DNA of 64,000 nt from positions 299,077 through 363,076 of the forward strand of contig BCKZ01000016.1 of the NCBI GenBank assembly GCA_001600815.1. Reading direction: 5' to 3'. The DNA comes from Alloascoidea hylecoeti. Lineage: Eukaryota. Position numbers and translations under genes: made by a program. Below, one piece after another: positions 34,602 to 44,891 of the stretch. Numbering within the stretch: position 1 is the first letter of the stretch; every line of letters starts with the position of its first letter. The notes below the pieces were generated by a model. The model ran no database searches. It saw nothing but the letters and a program-made list of their open reading frames with translations, and was not told where the DNA came from.

Positions 34602-35144
34602 ATGAGCGAACAAGAATCAACATCTAATTCTATTCAACATGAAGAGGTAGTTGAGACTGGAAATATGAGAATTGATGCACTGAGAGTAGGAAATCAATTA
34701 TATAGATTCTCTAGCTTCAAGGAATGTGTTGAATTCTTAAAACAGAACTTAAGAAATTTCGACGTAAAGTATAAAAGTCAGACTGGGGGGCCAATAGTTC
34801 AAACACCAAGCCAAACTGAACTGAATCGTTATAGAAGTGTGAAGAATCTTCTTCTAGCTTTTGCATTTATGACTCTTGACAGAACACAGAAATTAAATCT
34901 CATAAGATGGTCTAAATCCGCAAAAGACATATTATCAATTGATAGGAATGCTAGGTTAAGTGCTTGTGATGGTATTAATTGGTCTATTAATACATTGAAA
35001 AACTGTATAAGTTATATTCCTAGTAAGAGATTCAGTTTCAATTGCAATCTGGTTAAAGTGTTAAATATTAAATTGTGGGCTGTCAATAGATCTCAAGGTA
35101 TTTCAGAAACTGGTGATACGGAAGACATGATTACAGATACTTGA
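34602..35144 (+). CDS. Intact 180-aa ORF; probable ssDNA-binding protein of yeast cytoplasmic linear plasmid (VLE) origin (pGKL2 ORF5-like)
   Basis: Intronless, uninterrupted ORF in an otherwise decayed region. Segments FKECVEFLKQNLRNFDVKYK, ELNRYRSVKNLLLAFAF, RWSK..DILSIDRN..LSAC.G.NWSIN..KNCISY...KRFSFN and an acidic C-tail resemble my recollection of VLE SSBs. ATCTGA (ATNTGA motif) ends 15 nt before the ATG. Confidence 0.62.
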   Translation: MSEQESTSNSIQHEEVVETGNMRIDALRVGNQLYRFSSFKECVEFLKQNLRNFDVKYKSQTGGPIVQTPSQTELNRYRSVKNLLLAFAFMTLDRTQKLNLIRWSKSAKDILSIDRNARLSACDGINWSINTLKNCISYIPSKRFSFNCNLVKVLNIKLWAVNRSQGISETGDTEDMITDT

Positions 35145-35225
35145 TTGATGGTATATAGTGATATTGTTTATTTGTTTTGTTGGATATAGTTTAATAATGT
35201 TTGTATTCACGAGATTAGGCATACC

Positions 35226-35297
35226 TTTTACTTGACTCACGGTCGTACTGCTTTTCCGGTATTATGGAGGGCAGGACTACAAAGAGTCATAGTAAAA
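35226..35297 (+). other. ~72-nt stem-loop followed by an A23 tract (35318-35340)
   Basis: TTTTACT-TGACTC pairs with GAGTCA-T-AGTAAAA. Inner GTC..CTGCTTTTCC pairs with GGAGGGCAG-GAC using G-U pairs, which favours the + strand. Confidence 0.55.
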
Positions 35298-36472
35298 TGA
35301 TTTGTTCTATTTTTGTGAAAAAAAAAAAAAAAAAAAAAAAGGTGTGTTGGATATATATTACGTTCTTAGAACAGTTCACTAAAGAGTCGATTGGCTTTTT
35401 GGCGCAATTGGGAGAACAGGCACTTTGAACTTTAACAAATATAAACTTATAAATTTTTTTGTTGCTGGTTCGTAATTCGTGGTTGCAACATAACAATGTT
35501 GTGGCATTTTAGTTGGCGGTATATGTGCATATGAATATTGCCACATTCATACTTTTAGGTAACTTACATGTAGCTTCCTTTCTTACACGTAAATTGATGC
35601 ATCAATTGTTTCCTAATTGTGATCCCACATCACACCCACCCAAATTATGTAATTGCAATCTCGATCTTCTTGAAACCTATCTTCCGCATCATTTTTCCAG
35701 TCCAGAAAAGTTAAATTTTATAAAAGTAATCTAAATATATATTTATAACAGTTATATTCACAGATAAATGAACGACACTGTACATATAATCATTAATATT
35801 AACAACAACGAATCTCCTTCTCTTACACACTCCGATTCCAGTCAATAAACATTCTAAGCCTCCTAACAGGAGTACTAGATATATTGAGGCACAACAAAAA
35901 GGAATTCAAAATAACTAAATTCTCAGTTAAAATGAAAAGTCTATTATATATTTCAAATATTTACAAAGAATAAATTTAAGATATGTGCACTCATGATGAA
36001 AATTCATTTAGCTAGTTTTACTATATCTTATGTGTAATCGATGCCCAGAGTTAATCTTAAGCTTGAGCCCTGAAATATTTCCGGTTAATTTAGATCAAAA
36101 TTGTTAATCTATAATTATAAGTTATAAGAAACTCTGATATAGTAATAAGCCTTACATCGATCAGGAATATTACAGTAATACGAAATAATTGTGATAATCT
36201 TCTAAATTATCAAATAAAAATTTTCATAGATTTAGAGCAAGTAATATGGCATACAAAATATAAGCTAATATTTATTATAAGTTGTAAATAATGAGCATAT
36301 AAACAAATAAATATAAACTTATGTAAATAATAAAAATGTTTTTTATAGCTTATACGATTCATAACAATCATATAAATCCTTAGCTATAAACTTTCGAAGT
36401 GGGTAAATATTTTTCTTCTTAGTTTCCTACCAACTACAAAAATAGTTAGTCAGCATGAGATTTAACATTAAC

Positions 36473-37804
36473 TTACTGATCATCTCGAATACAACCAGTA
36501 ATATCAGTTAATTCAGTTGGGCATACAACTTGCTCAAATGTGACACTTGGATTATCATCACCCTCAAACCAATCAAATCTCCAATCACAGCCTGATTGAA
36601 TTTCAGTAGGTAAAGCATCACATTCACTAGCCGAACTAACACCACCGTATTGTTCTCCCCAAATATCACTACTATAATTGTTCCATTGGGATGTACAACC
36701 AGAGTAAATACCTTGACCACCGCCTGGCATAGCAATATCAAATTGATTAGAGCTTAAGTCACTACCAGTATTTGTAGCTTGAACAATCATTTTTTTTCCT
36801 GAAAGAGTAGTATCAGTGAAAGTTAATTGATAACAAGAACAACACATAGAATCATCACTACCTCCGGTCAATGAAACGGCAGCAAAACCATAGGCCAAAT
36901 CATCGCTAACTTTAAATGGTTGTTGATCTGTGCACATATAAGCAGTACCTCCAGTACATCCACTTTGAACATCAACTCCCAAAGTTGTAACACCATCAGC
37001 AGCACAAGCAGCAACTGGTGAGGAAACATCTGCTTTACCAGACCAAGAACAAGATGGTTTGCAACAATCCCAATACCTAGTGGTGCTACCAGTACCAGAT
37101 GTGCCACTAGAGATAACTTCGGCTGAAGAAGAAGACGAAGAAGATGATGAAGAAATAGAAGAAGAAGCAGTTTCAGAGGCATCAACAGCGGCATTAGCAA
37201 CAGAAGAAGAAGCGACTAGATCAGTTGCTGCAGCTTCAGATGATTCAGCGACAGACTGGGCAGTCGTAGTGGCTACAGCTGTATATGTTCCTTCAACTAC
37301 CACTGATTCTGCCTCATCGGTAGAAGCGGCGGGAGTACTAGCGGCTTCAGATTGGGCAGTAGTAGTGGCTGCAGCTGCATATGTTGTTCCTTCGACTATC
37401 ACAGATTGTGCTTCCTCTGTAGAAGCAACAGCAGTATCAGCATCACCAAAAGAAGCAGTTTCTTCATTTGAAGAAACATATTGAACGGTGAAAGTGTTGG
37501 AACTCTCAGCAACAGCAGCAGCACTAGTTTCGGCTTGGGTAGCAACAGCTTCGGCAGTGGTTGTAGCAGCAGCAGCAGCACTAGTTGTGGTAGCAGCGGC
37601 CACGGTATCTGCAGCGTCTGCATCTTCTGTTTGAACACACTGATAATAATAATCATTTTGACTCTTGCAAGTACCTGTAGCACAACAGGTTGCTCCAGTC
37701 CATACACTACCACCGCACTGATAGTAAAGATCAGCACAGGAATCAGCAAGTGATCCACTGACTAAAGCACCAAGAAGAATTAGGTATGATTTCGAATAAG
37801 CCAT
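36473..37804 (-). CDS. Secreted endo-beta-1,4-glucanase: signal peptide, CBM1, A/S/T/E-rich linker, GH45 domain
   Basis: ATG at 37804 ([20 protein letters not shown]). CBM1 [36 protein letters not shown]45 signatures [58 protein letters not shown] and DNP. Both catalytic Asp motifs (YWD, QFD) are present. TATA-like TATATAAG ~85 nt upstream. Confidence 0.95.
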   Translation of the reverse strand: MAYSKSYLILLGALVSGSLADSCADLYYQCGGSVWTGATCCATGTCKSQNDYYYQCVQTEDADAADTVAAATTTSAAAAATTTAEAVATQAETSAAAVAESSNTFTVQYVSSNEETASFGDADTAVASTEEAQSVIVEGTTYAAAATTTAQSEAASTPAASTDEAESVVVEGTYTAVATTTAQSVAESSEAAATDLVASSSVANAAVDASETASSSISSSSSSSSSSAEVISSGTSGTGSTTRYWDCCKPSCSWSGKADVSSPVAACAADGVTTLGVDVQSGCTGGTAYMCTDQQPFKVSDDLAYGFAAVSLTGGSDDSMCCSCYQLTFTDTTLSGKKMIVQATNTGSDLSSNQFDIAMPGGGQGIYSGCTSQWNNYSSDIWGEQYGGVSSASECDALPTEIQSGCDWRFDWFEGDDNPSVTFEQVVCPTELTDITGCIRDDQ

Positions 37805-38868
37805 TATAGGTAGAGTGAAACCAATAGCAATTGAACTGCAATTGATGATAAAATGAAATAACAACAAAACTAGGAGGGAGTTCGCTCTTATATACTTCAA
37901 AAACATAATATGCAAGTGAGAATATCTTGATAACATAAGGTGGCTGAAAACTGAAAGTTCTAAAGCTTGAGTTTGAACAAGAAACTTATAGACTATATTA
38001 TAATACATGTACTCTATTGGGATTATACCTATATAGAAGTAAAGACATGTTTCAAATAAGGTAAATAGAACCATAAGTTCTTTCTCGAATTTCTCTTACA
38101 ATTGGAATGTAGCAAGTTTAGGGGGGTAAGTCATGTGCATGTATATCTGTATCAAATTTATTGTAACCTATTGCAATTGTCTTTACTCTTACTATACTAC
38201 AGTTATTGATCCTATTGTTGGTATGTAACGTACCAACGGTGAGTGTGGCTCACTGTGCTACCAGCCGCGAGCACACATGCACCATAAGAAACACAAAGAC
38301 TAAGACATTTTTAAAATTTAACAAATTTATCTATTGCCTATAACTTACAAAAGGTGCCCATATTAGGTGAGGCACAGGAAAATCTGGTATACGTAGTATT
38401 TTATTCTAGAAGAATTTGGCGTCTGAACTCGTGGTTGGTGGGTTATCCTATAACTCTACAATGTAAGAGCTTATAACTAATTAGCATGAATAATTAATTC
38501 TAATAATTTTCCTGACAAATTGTTAAAAAATTAATGTAACAAACCGAAATGAAGTCACCCTATCTATTTACCTAGTACCTACGCTAGTCAACTTCTATGA
38601 ATATAATTAATTTCGATAATTTCGAAAAGATCAATTAATTAATTACGGCATTCACATATTGTAGTTCCCAAAGTTTTAATATTTCTCCAAATAGAGTTAT
38701 TGGAATACAATTGCAATAGTATATCAAACACAACATTTAAATATGCTGAAAGATAGTACTTGTATAATCTGGAAATTTATACCCACAATATGTATAATAT
38801 TTCTTATGATCTCATATTTATAACTCTTATATAAGTTATATACTATTTATAAAGATATACCAAAATAT

Positions 38869-40827
38869 TTAATAATTGGCATAGGCAATACCAATGGAAT
38901 CGACCCATGATCCAACATTACCATATACCCCTAGTAGCTTATATCCACGAGGAACCATCAGACTAACGACACCACCACCATTACCACCGTAAAATGGTGT
39001 TACTCTCCCACTAGACAAAATAATTTGTATAGCATCAACCCATAATCCACACCTAATATTAAACCCAGTTATTATCTCATTTGAATCAAGAGTTATATCA
39101 GTGTAATGTGGTTTCACTTTGCCAAACAATACTGAATCACGATTATCAAATTTTGAATGGCGTGATCTACGATAGAATTGGATACCATCTAAAGCACCAC
39201 CATGATATACCCTTACAGCACCAATTGTCGAGACATCAAAAGAAGCAATTGGATCTTTATTGGCAGGTTTTCCACCAGCAAGCGCTGATTTAAAGGCGGT
39301 AATCTGTTGATTTTTTCCTAAACCAAAATCACCAGTTACTGTACTATTGTTAATACTTTCGGTGAAATTATCAATTTCTGTACTACCTCCAATTGATAAA
39401 AGATGTAATGAGATTTTCTTAGTAGTGTTTTTATATTGTGGTGGTAATCTTTCATGTATATCTTTTTCGGATAGTAATACTTCAGTTTGAGGGCCTGGAC
39501 CACCAGCATTTCGTGGTAAATATTCAATCCAAGCTTGAGCTTTACCATCAATATGGATTTCAATAAGGTAAATACCACTGGCGGCTGTTAAAGCAAGACC
39601 ATTCACGACTGGAGTAACGGCAACTTTACTTGAAGGACCTTTAAGGAGCAGATTTGGGTAATCTCCTGGTAAAGCAAAACCGGGATGATATCTGAATCTA
39701 ACAATATCAAGTCTATGCCAAGTACACTCATCTTGTTGAGTTACAGGGCAAATACCATTTCTGTTTGTTCTTGAACAATGAGCTTCTTTTGTTACGAACG
39801 ATCGATTCAATGTAACATAATCACGTAACATGATTCCAAAAGGTTGATGAGGACATCCTAATAAATGACCAATTTCATGCATGAAAGCACCAGCAGTAAC
39901 AGTTAAACACTCCCACGCGGTGCCACATTCACCACAATCGTTTGCTACTTGATTTGTATCAATTGGAGTAGTATCAAGACAAGATGGGACAACGTCCTCC
40001 AAGGTTGAAGGCCACGAGTGTAAACCATGAGAACCGAAAATAGCCAATTTAATTTCATTGTCACCTCCACCAAGAGCAGCATGTCCAGTAATCAATTGAA
40101 GTTTAGTATCCCAATGAGTATCGATAAAGATACAAGCAGCATGTATGGGAGCATAATCTTTTGTAAATGGAGCGCCATGTTTTCTTATGGCATCCATAGC
40201 AATTCCAAACAGTCCACCACCATTTTTAGCATTCTTATTTTGTTGAGCCAAATCAGGATGTCTCAATTCCTGAACAGTTTTTTCTGATCTAATGAGATGA
40301 ATTTTAATCTGGGATCTAAAGACGGAAGCCTTTTCAACTTTGGATAAAGTATCCTTTGAGTACTCTTCGTCAAATCTAAATGTTCTGAAACCCATTCCAT
40401 TTCTGTACATTTGTTCACAAGTGAAAGCATTGAGTAAATAGCCAGCCATTCTCAATTTCTCAATGGCGACGTCCAAAGAGTTTCCTTCCATGTTCTTTTT
40501 ATAGTTTGGAGAGTCGAAGGTGCCTTTACTATCTTTTCCTAAGATGATACATAAATGCAATGGAGGGGTCTGTAACATGGGGGTATAATTGACAGTTAGT
40601 GTAGTTGAATTTCCATTTGAATCGGTGAAAGTGAGTATGTTAGGGCCGCAGTCCAAGGAGACCAAACCCTTGAAACAGGTGCTGTAAACGTCGTAGTGGA
40701 GGGTCGGAAATGACGGGTGGGATATATGGACCTGTGAGCCTTTGGAAACGAGGCCGTAGACAAGAACGACCCGTGTGGTGACGGTGCATCCGTTTTGGAG
40801 GTTGAGGATCTGAATTGGAGGTGACAT
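38869..40827 (-). CDS. Putative zinc metallopeptidase with C-terminal jacalin-like lectin domain (YIL108W-like)
   Basis: HExxHxxGxxH motif MHEIGHLLGCPH; GHAALGGG, AIFGSHGLHSWP and WHRLDIVRFRYHP; jacalin motifs VYHGGALDGIQF, GLWVDAIQI, GGNGG and GSWVDSIGI. Confidence 0.88.
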   Translation of the reverse strand: MSPPIQILNLQNGCTVTTRVVLVYGLVSKGSQVHISHPSFPTLHYDVYSTCFKGLVSLDCGPNILTFTDSNGNSTTLTVNYTPMLQTPPLHLCIILGKDSKGTFDSPNYKKNMEGNSLDVAIEKLRMAGYLLNAFTCEQMYRNGMGFRTFRFDEEYSKDTLSKVEKASVFRSQIKIHLIRSEKTVQELRHPDLAQQNKNAKNGGGLFGIAMDAIRKHGAPFTKDYAPIHAACIFIDTHWDTKLQLITGHAALGGGDNEIKLAIFGSHGLHSWPSTLEDVVPSCLDTTPIDTNQVANDCGECGTAWECLTVTAGAFMHEIGHLLGCPHQPFGIMLRDYVTLNRSFVTKEAHCSRTNRNGICPVTQQDECTWHRLDIVRFRYHPGFALPGDYPNLLLKGPSSKVAVTPVVNGLALTAASGIYLIEIHIDGKAQAWIEYLPRNAGGPGPQTEVLLSEKDIHERLPPQYKNTTKKISLHLLSIGGSTEIDNFTESINNSTVTGDFGLGKNQQITAFKSALAGGKPANKDPIASFDVSTIGAVRVYHGGALDGIQFYRRSRHSKFDNRDSVLFGKVKPHYTDITLDSNEIITGFNIRCGLWVDAIQIILSSGRVTPFYGGNGGGVVSLMVPRGYKLLGVYGNVGSWVDSIGIAYANY

Positions 40828-40971
40828 GTGTATTACTTATTAATGAAAGAACAGATGGTTTGATGGTTATGGCTAAGCAGTCAGGTGCCCATCTGCTGAG
40901 TAAGCACGCATCCCACTTATAACTTAATCAGCTGAGAGTCACTTAAACTCAATCGGAGCACAATACACAAT

Positions 40972-41293
40972 ATGATCCACAATATGGAAAGAGTTATAAG
41001 CCGTGGCTACGTGCGCTGCATGTCCTCGTCCGCCCCCGCTAGGAAGGGGCTGTCTGGCTCTACAAAGTAAGTGCTTTGTTCCTGCCCTGTTCCGTGTGGC
41101 CGAGCAACGACTAACAGATTGTAGGCTGTTGGGCGCCCTGTTTGGAGGAGGTGCGCTTGTGGGGGCGATCTACTCGTTCGACAAGACGGTGGCAGCAAAC
41201 AACGCGGTGGACGCCATTCAGGTCCATCGCCTGCGAGAGGAAGCAGTCCACCTGGAAGAGCGGGTGAGACGATTGGAAGATCACTACAAGTAG
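40972..41293 (+). CDS. Small (~83-87 aa) probable mitochondrial single-pass membrane / coiled-coil protein (2 exons)
   Basis: Exon 1 40972 (or 40984)-41066; intron 41067-41124 (GTAAGT..GACTAAC..TAG); exon 2 41125-41293. Product MIHNMERVISRGYVRCMSSSAPARKGLSGSTKLLGALFGGGALVGAIYSFDK..LREEAVHLEERVRRLEDHYK: presequence-like N-terminus, Gly-rich TM, coiled coil. Confidence 0.75.
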
Positions 41294-41414
41294 CATAGTT
41301 ATTTTTTAATGTGACGTTTTGTTGTGCTGTGTTACGTATCCTCCTCCAGTAAGCCCATCAGTAAGCCCATCCTTTTTGCCTTTGCAACTACCAGATTCGC
41401 CGCCATAACAAACC

Positions 41415-43961
41415 ATGTCCAGCAAAAGTGGCAGTGACAGTAAAATTGCCAGTAAGCCCGACAGTAACAGTAGCAGTGGTCCAGAGGTGAACCGTCTCCC
41501 CAATGACCCAGACTCAGATGCTGGAGAAGCGGGTGATGCTGGTGACCCTCCAACCTCGTTGTCAGGCCTATTCTCCTATGCTGATGAACGCTCACACAGG
41601 GCTCTGAACGAAAGACTGCTTGCCATAGACCCCAAAAGAAGAGACACAATGATCCACCAAAGTAGCCAACCTCATTCTCATTCGCATCATCATCTTCGTC
41701 ATGCTCTCTCAAAACCCCATCTCCTTACCAAAATAATTAAGGACTTCCACAACAAAGCGTCTTCTGATAATCAACTTCACCCTAAACCGCAACCTGCATT
41801 GGCAATTGCATCCAATTCACACTTGTCCTCCTTCACTCATCCCCTCCATTTCTTAAATAAGGAAACCTCTGATGTTAGCCTCACTACAACTGGAAGCGTC
41901 GATAGCACTTTAGCCGATGCTGCCACTTCTCCTATCTTAGAACCTGGCCTTCATCACGAAATATCAAACATTTCAACTAACGAAAAGTTCCCCCCTATTT
42001 CTTCAGAATTCTTCAACATTCCTATTGACGATGAAAATGAATATCTAGCTGAGGAATTGCATGAACTTTATACGAAAGTTGCTGAATGCTTAGAAATTAG
42101 ACATAAATATCAGGATTTGTCTTTACAAAACAACCAAGATAATCCTAATAATAAAGATGATTGGAAAATATACCCTGATCCTCCCCCTCCAGCTTGGCAT
42201 TATGAAACAAAAAAATTTAAAGATGGCTCAATTTATACTTACACATATGCTGGTGATGATTTTGATATTGAAGCTTATGATGGTAAAATACCAGGTCCTG
42301 ATACTTCTTTTTATTGGGAAGAAGATGATCAAGGAATTTTTCAAGTTTATCCCAAAAATAATGAAAACGATGAAGGAGAAAAAACCCCAATTGTTAATGT
42401 CCCTACTTTACGTGATTATTATATTGATATGGAATTGATCTTAGGGTATGCTAGCGAAGGTGCTATGAAAAGCTTTGCTTATCGTCGTCTCCAATATTTA
42501 GAAGCTCGTTGGAATTTATATTCTCTTTTAAATGAACATAAAGAAATTGCTGAATCTAAAACAAATCCTCATAGAGATTTTTATAATGTTAGGAAAGTTG
42601 ATACTCATGTTCATCATTCTGCTTCGATGAATCAAAAACATTTATTACGTTTCATTAAAAGTAAAATGAAAAAAAATTCGGAAGATATTGTTATTTTTAG
42701 AGATGGGAAACTTTTAACTTTAAGACAAGTCTTCGAATCTTTAAATCTATCAGCATATGATTTAAGTATTGATACCTTGGATATGCATGCCCATAAGGAT
42801 ACTTTCCATCGTTTTGATAAATTTAATTTGAAGTATAATCCAATCGGTGAAGCTAGATTGAGAGAAATCTTTTTGAAAACTGATAATTATATCAATGGAA
42901 AATTCTTGTCGGAAATTACCAAAGAGGTATTATCTGATCTTGAACAATCCAAATATCAAATGGCTGAATATAGAATATCTATTTATGGTAGAAATCTTGA
43001 AGAATGGGATAAATTGGCTTCTTGGATCGTAGACAATAAGCTATTTTCCCATAACGTTCGTTGGTTAATTCAAGTACCTCGTTTATACAGCATTTATCAA
43101 AAAAATGGTCAAGTTAACAATTTTATGGATTTCATTAGAAATATTTTTCAACCATTATATGAAGTTACTAGAGATCCATCATCCCATCCAAAATTGTATA
43201 TTTTCTTACAACGAGTAGTAGGGTTTGATTCTGTTGATGATGAATCAAAAACTGATCGAAGATTCCAAAAAAAGTACCCTACTCCTCCAAATTGGACTTC
43301 AAAACATAATCCTCCATATTCTTATTATATCTATACTCTGTACTCTAATTTGGTTTCTTTGAATCAATGGAGACAAAGACGTGGGTTTAATACTTTTGTA
43401 TTGAGGCCACATGCTGGAGAAGCTGGTGATCCTGATCACTTGGTTTCCACTTTTATCACTTCATTGGGAATCAATCACGGTATAATGCTACGGAAAATCC
43501 CCTTCTTACAATATCTTTATTATCTCGATCAAATTGGAATTGCAATGTCCCCCTTGTCAAACAATGCTTTATTCCTAACTTATGATAAAAATCCTTTTTA
43601 CTCATACTTTAAAAAGGGTTTAAATGTGTCTCTATCAACCGATGATCCTTTACAATTCTCTTATACTCGAGAACCTTTAATTGAAGAATTTTCTGTTGCT
43701 GCTCAAATTTACAAACTTTCAAATGTTGATATGTGTGAATTAGCACGTAATTCAGTCCTTCAATGTGGATTTGAAAATAAATTAAAAAGACATTGGATTG
43801 GAAATCAAGTTGGAGATTACGATTCTATGGTTAACCCAGAATGTAATGATATTGCAAAGACTAATGTTCCTAATATTAGAATGTCATATAGGTATGAAAC
43901 TTTGATGTTAGAATTGGGTATGATCGATAGATTTACTACCAATTGGGGTAATAGTGATTGA
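41415..43961 (+). CDS. AMD1: AMP deaminase
   Basis: Motifs HRDFYNVRKVDTHVHHSASMNQKHLLRFIK, FHRFDKFNLKYNP, LRPHAGEAG, IAMSPLSNN and SLSTDDPLQF. Confidence 0.97.
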   Translation: MSSKSGSDSKIASKPDSNSSSGPEVNRLPNDPDSDAGEAGDAGDPPTSLSGLFSYADERSHRALNERLLAIDPKRRDTMIHQSSQPHSHSHHHLRHALSKPHLLTKIIKDFHNKASSDNQLHPKPQPALAIASNSHLSSFTHPLHFLNKETSDVSLTTTGSVDSTLADAATSPILEPGLHHEISNISTNEKFPPISSEFFNIPIDDENEYLAEELHELYTKVAECLEIRHKYQDLSLQNNQDNPNNKDDWKIYPDPPPPAWHYETKKFKDGSIYTYTYAGDDFDIEAYDGKIPGPDTSFYWEEDDQGIFQVYPKNNENDEGEKTPIVNVPTLRDYYIDMELILGYASEGAMKSFAYRRLQYLEARWNLYSLLNEHKEIAESKTNPHRDFYNVRKVDTHVHHSASMNQKHLLRFIKSKMKKNSEDIVIFRDGKLLTLRQVFESLNLSAYDLSIDTLDMHAHKDTFHRFDKFNLKYNPIGEARLREIFLKTDNYINGKFLSEITKEVLSDLEQSKYQMAEYRISIYGRNLEEWDKLASWIVDNKLFSHNVRWLIQVPRLYSIYQKNGQVNNFMDFIRNIFQPLYEVTRDPSSHPKLYIFLQRVVGFDSVDDESKTDRRFQKKYPTPPNWTSKHNPPYSYYIYTLYSNLVSLNQWRQRRGFNTFVLRPHAGEAGDPDHLVSTFITSLGINHGIMLRKIPFLQYLYYLDQIGIAMSPLSNNALFLTYDKNPFYSYFKKGLNVSLSTDDPLQFSYTREPLIEEFSVAAQIYKLSNVDMCELARNSVLQCGFENKLKRHWIGNQVGDYDSMVNPECNDIAKTNVPNIRMSYRYETLMLELGMIDRFTTNWGNSD

Positions 43962-44860
43962 TTCTAAATATCAATACAAATGTTAATACATATTAATATA
44001 CACGGACTGGACAATTTATTTGTTGTGAAGTAAATATAGGACTATATAATCTTTTTTTAATAATTATACACCTTTTAGATGAAGCTTTGTTGGTATTTAT
44101 TTTCATATGTAAAATGTGTTTGTATTGTTTTTGGGTCACCATATTTGATAGTCAATTATCTCCATCAAATAGATAATATATCATTACATCCCTACAGGTA
44201 TACATGTATACATACATCCATGGCAAATATTTAGATCTAGATGTAATTTTAACATTTTCAGTGCAGTATCATCGATTTAATTTTAGGCCGCTCCAATGGA
44301 AATTGTCAATTCCAATATTAAGCAACAGGTTAGCTATTATAATTCAATAAAAATTAAATAAGATAAAGAACTCCATAACTAATATTAGCCACAAATATTA
44401 CATATGTCATGATCATTATATTTTGAATTCGAAGTTTCAAAATCGAGATCAACGGCGATGATATCAGAACAAATAAAGGGGCGGGTATAGAACTCTATAA
44501 GATATACTAATTGAAATCTAAATAGATGTAACCAATTGCAACTTCCTATATTATTCAATTAATATATACCATGGCAAACGTCATAGCTGAATTCAATGTT
44601 AAAACTTGAAATTAAAAAATACACCTTGCTAACTATGTATATACCGATATTGATCGATATCATTAATATTAATAATTTTAAACTAAAAATGAACTGAGTA
44701 ATTATAATTTATAGAGAATTCGTTATATTTTATGCATATAATTAATCGATTATGAATCTTTACGATACGGTTTAGTCATTATTTTCAATTGTATTTAATA
44801 TTATATACTTACCGTTAATATGCATATATGCCTATTGATATTCTGTGGGTAAAGATCACC

Positions 44861-44891
44861 CATAATTCATAATTCATAATTCATAATTCAT
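44861..44891. repeat. (CATAATT)4 heptamer repeat abutting the PFK26 stop codon
   Basis: Visible tandem array. Confidence 0.8.

Noticed and set aside
36473..37804. Cellulase as part of a VLE killer-toxin module
   Set aside because: Known VLE toxins use chitin-binding/GH18 chitinase subunits, not CBM1-GH45; codon style and TATA promoter look nuclear, so proximity alone is not evidence.
37805..38074. 90-aa N-terminal extension of the GH45 ORF
   Set aside because: The signal peptide begins at the ATG at 37804 and a TATA-like box lies inside the extension.
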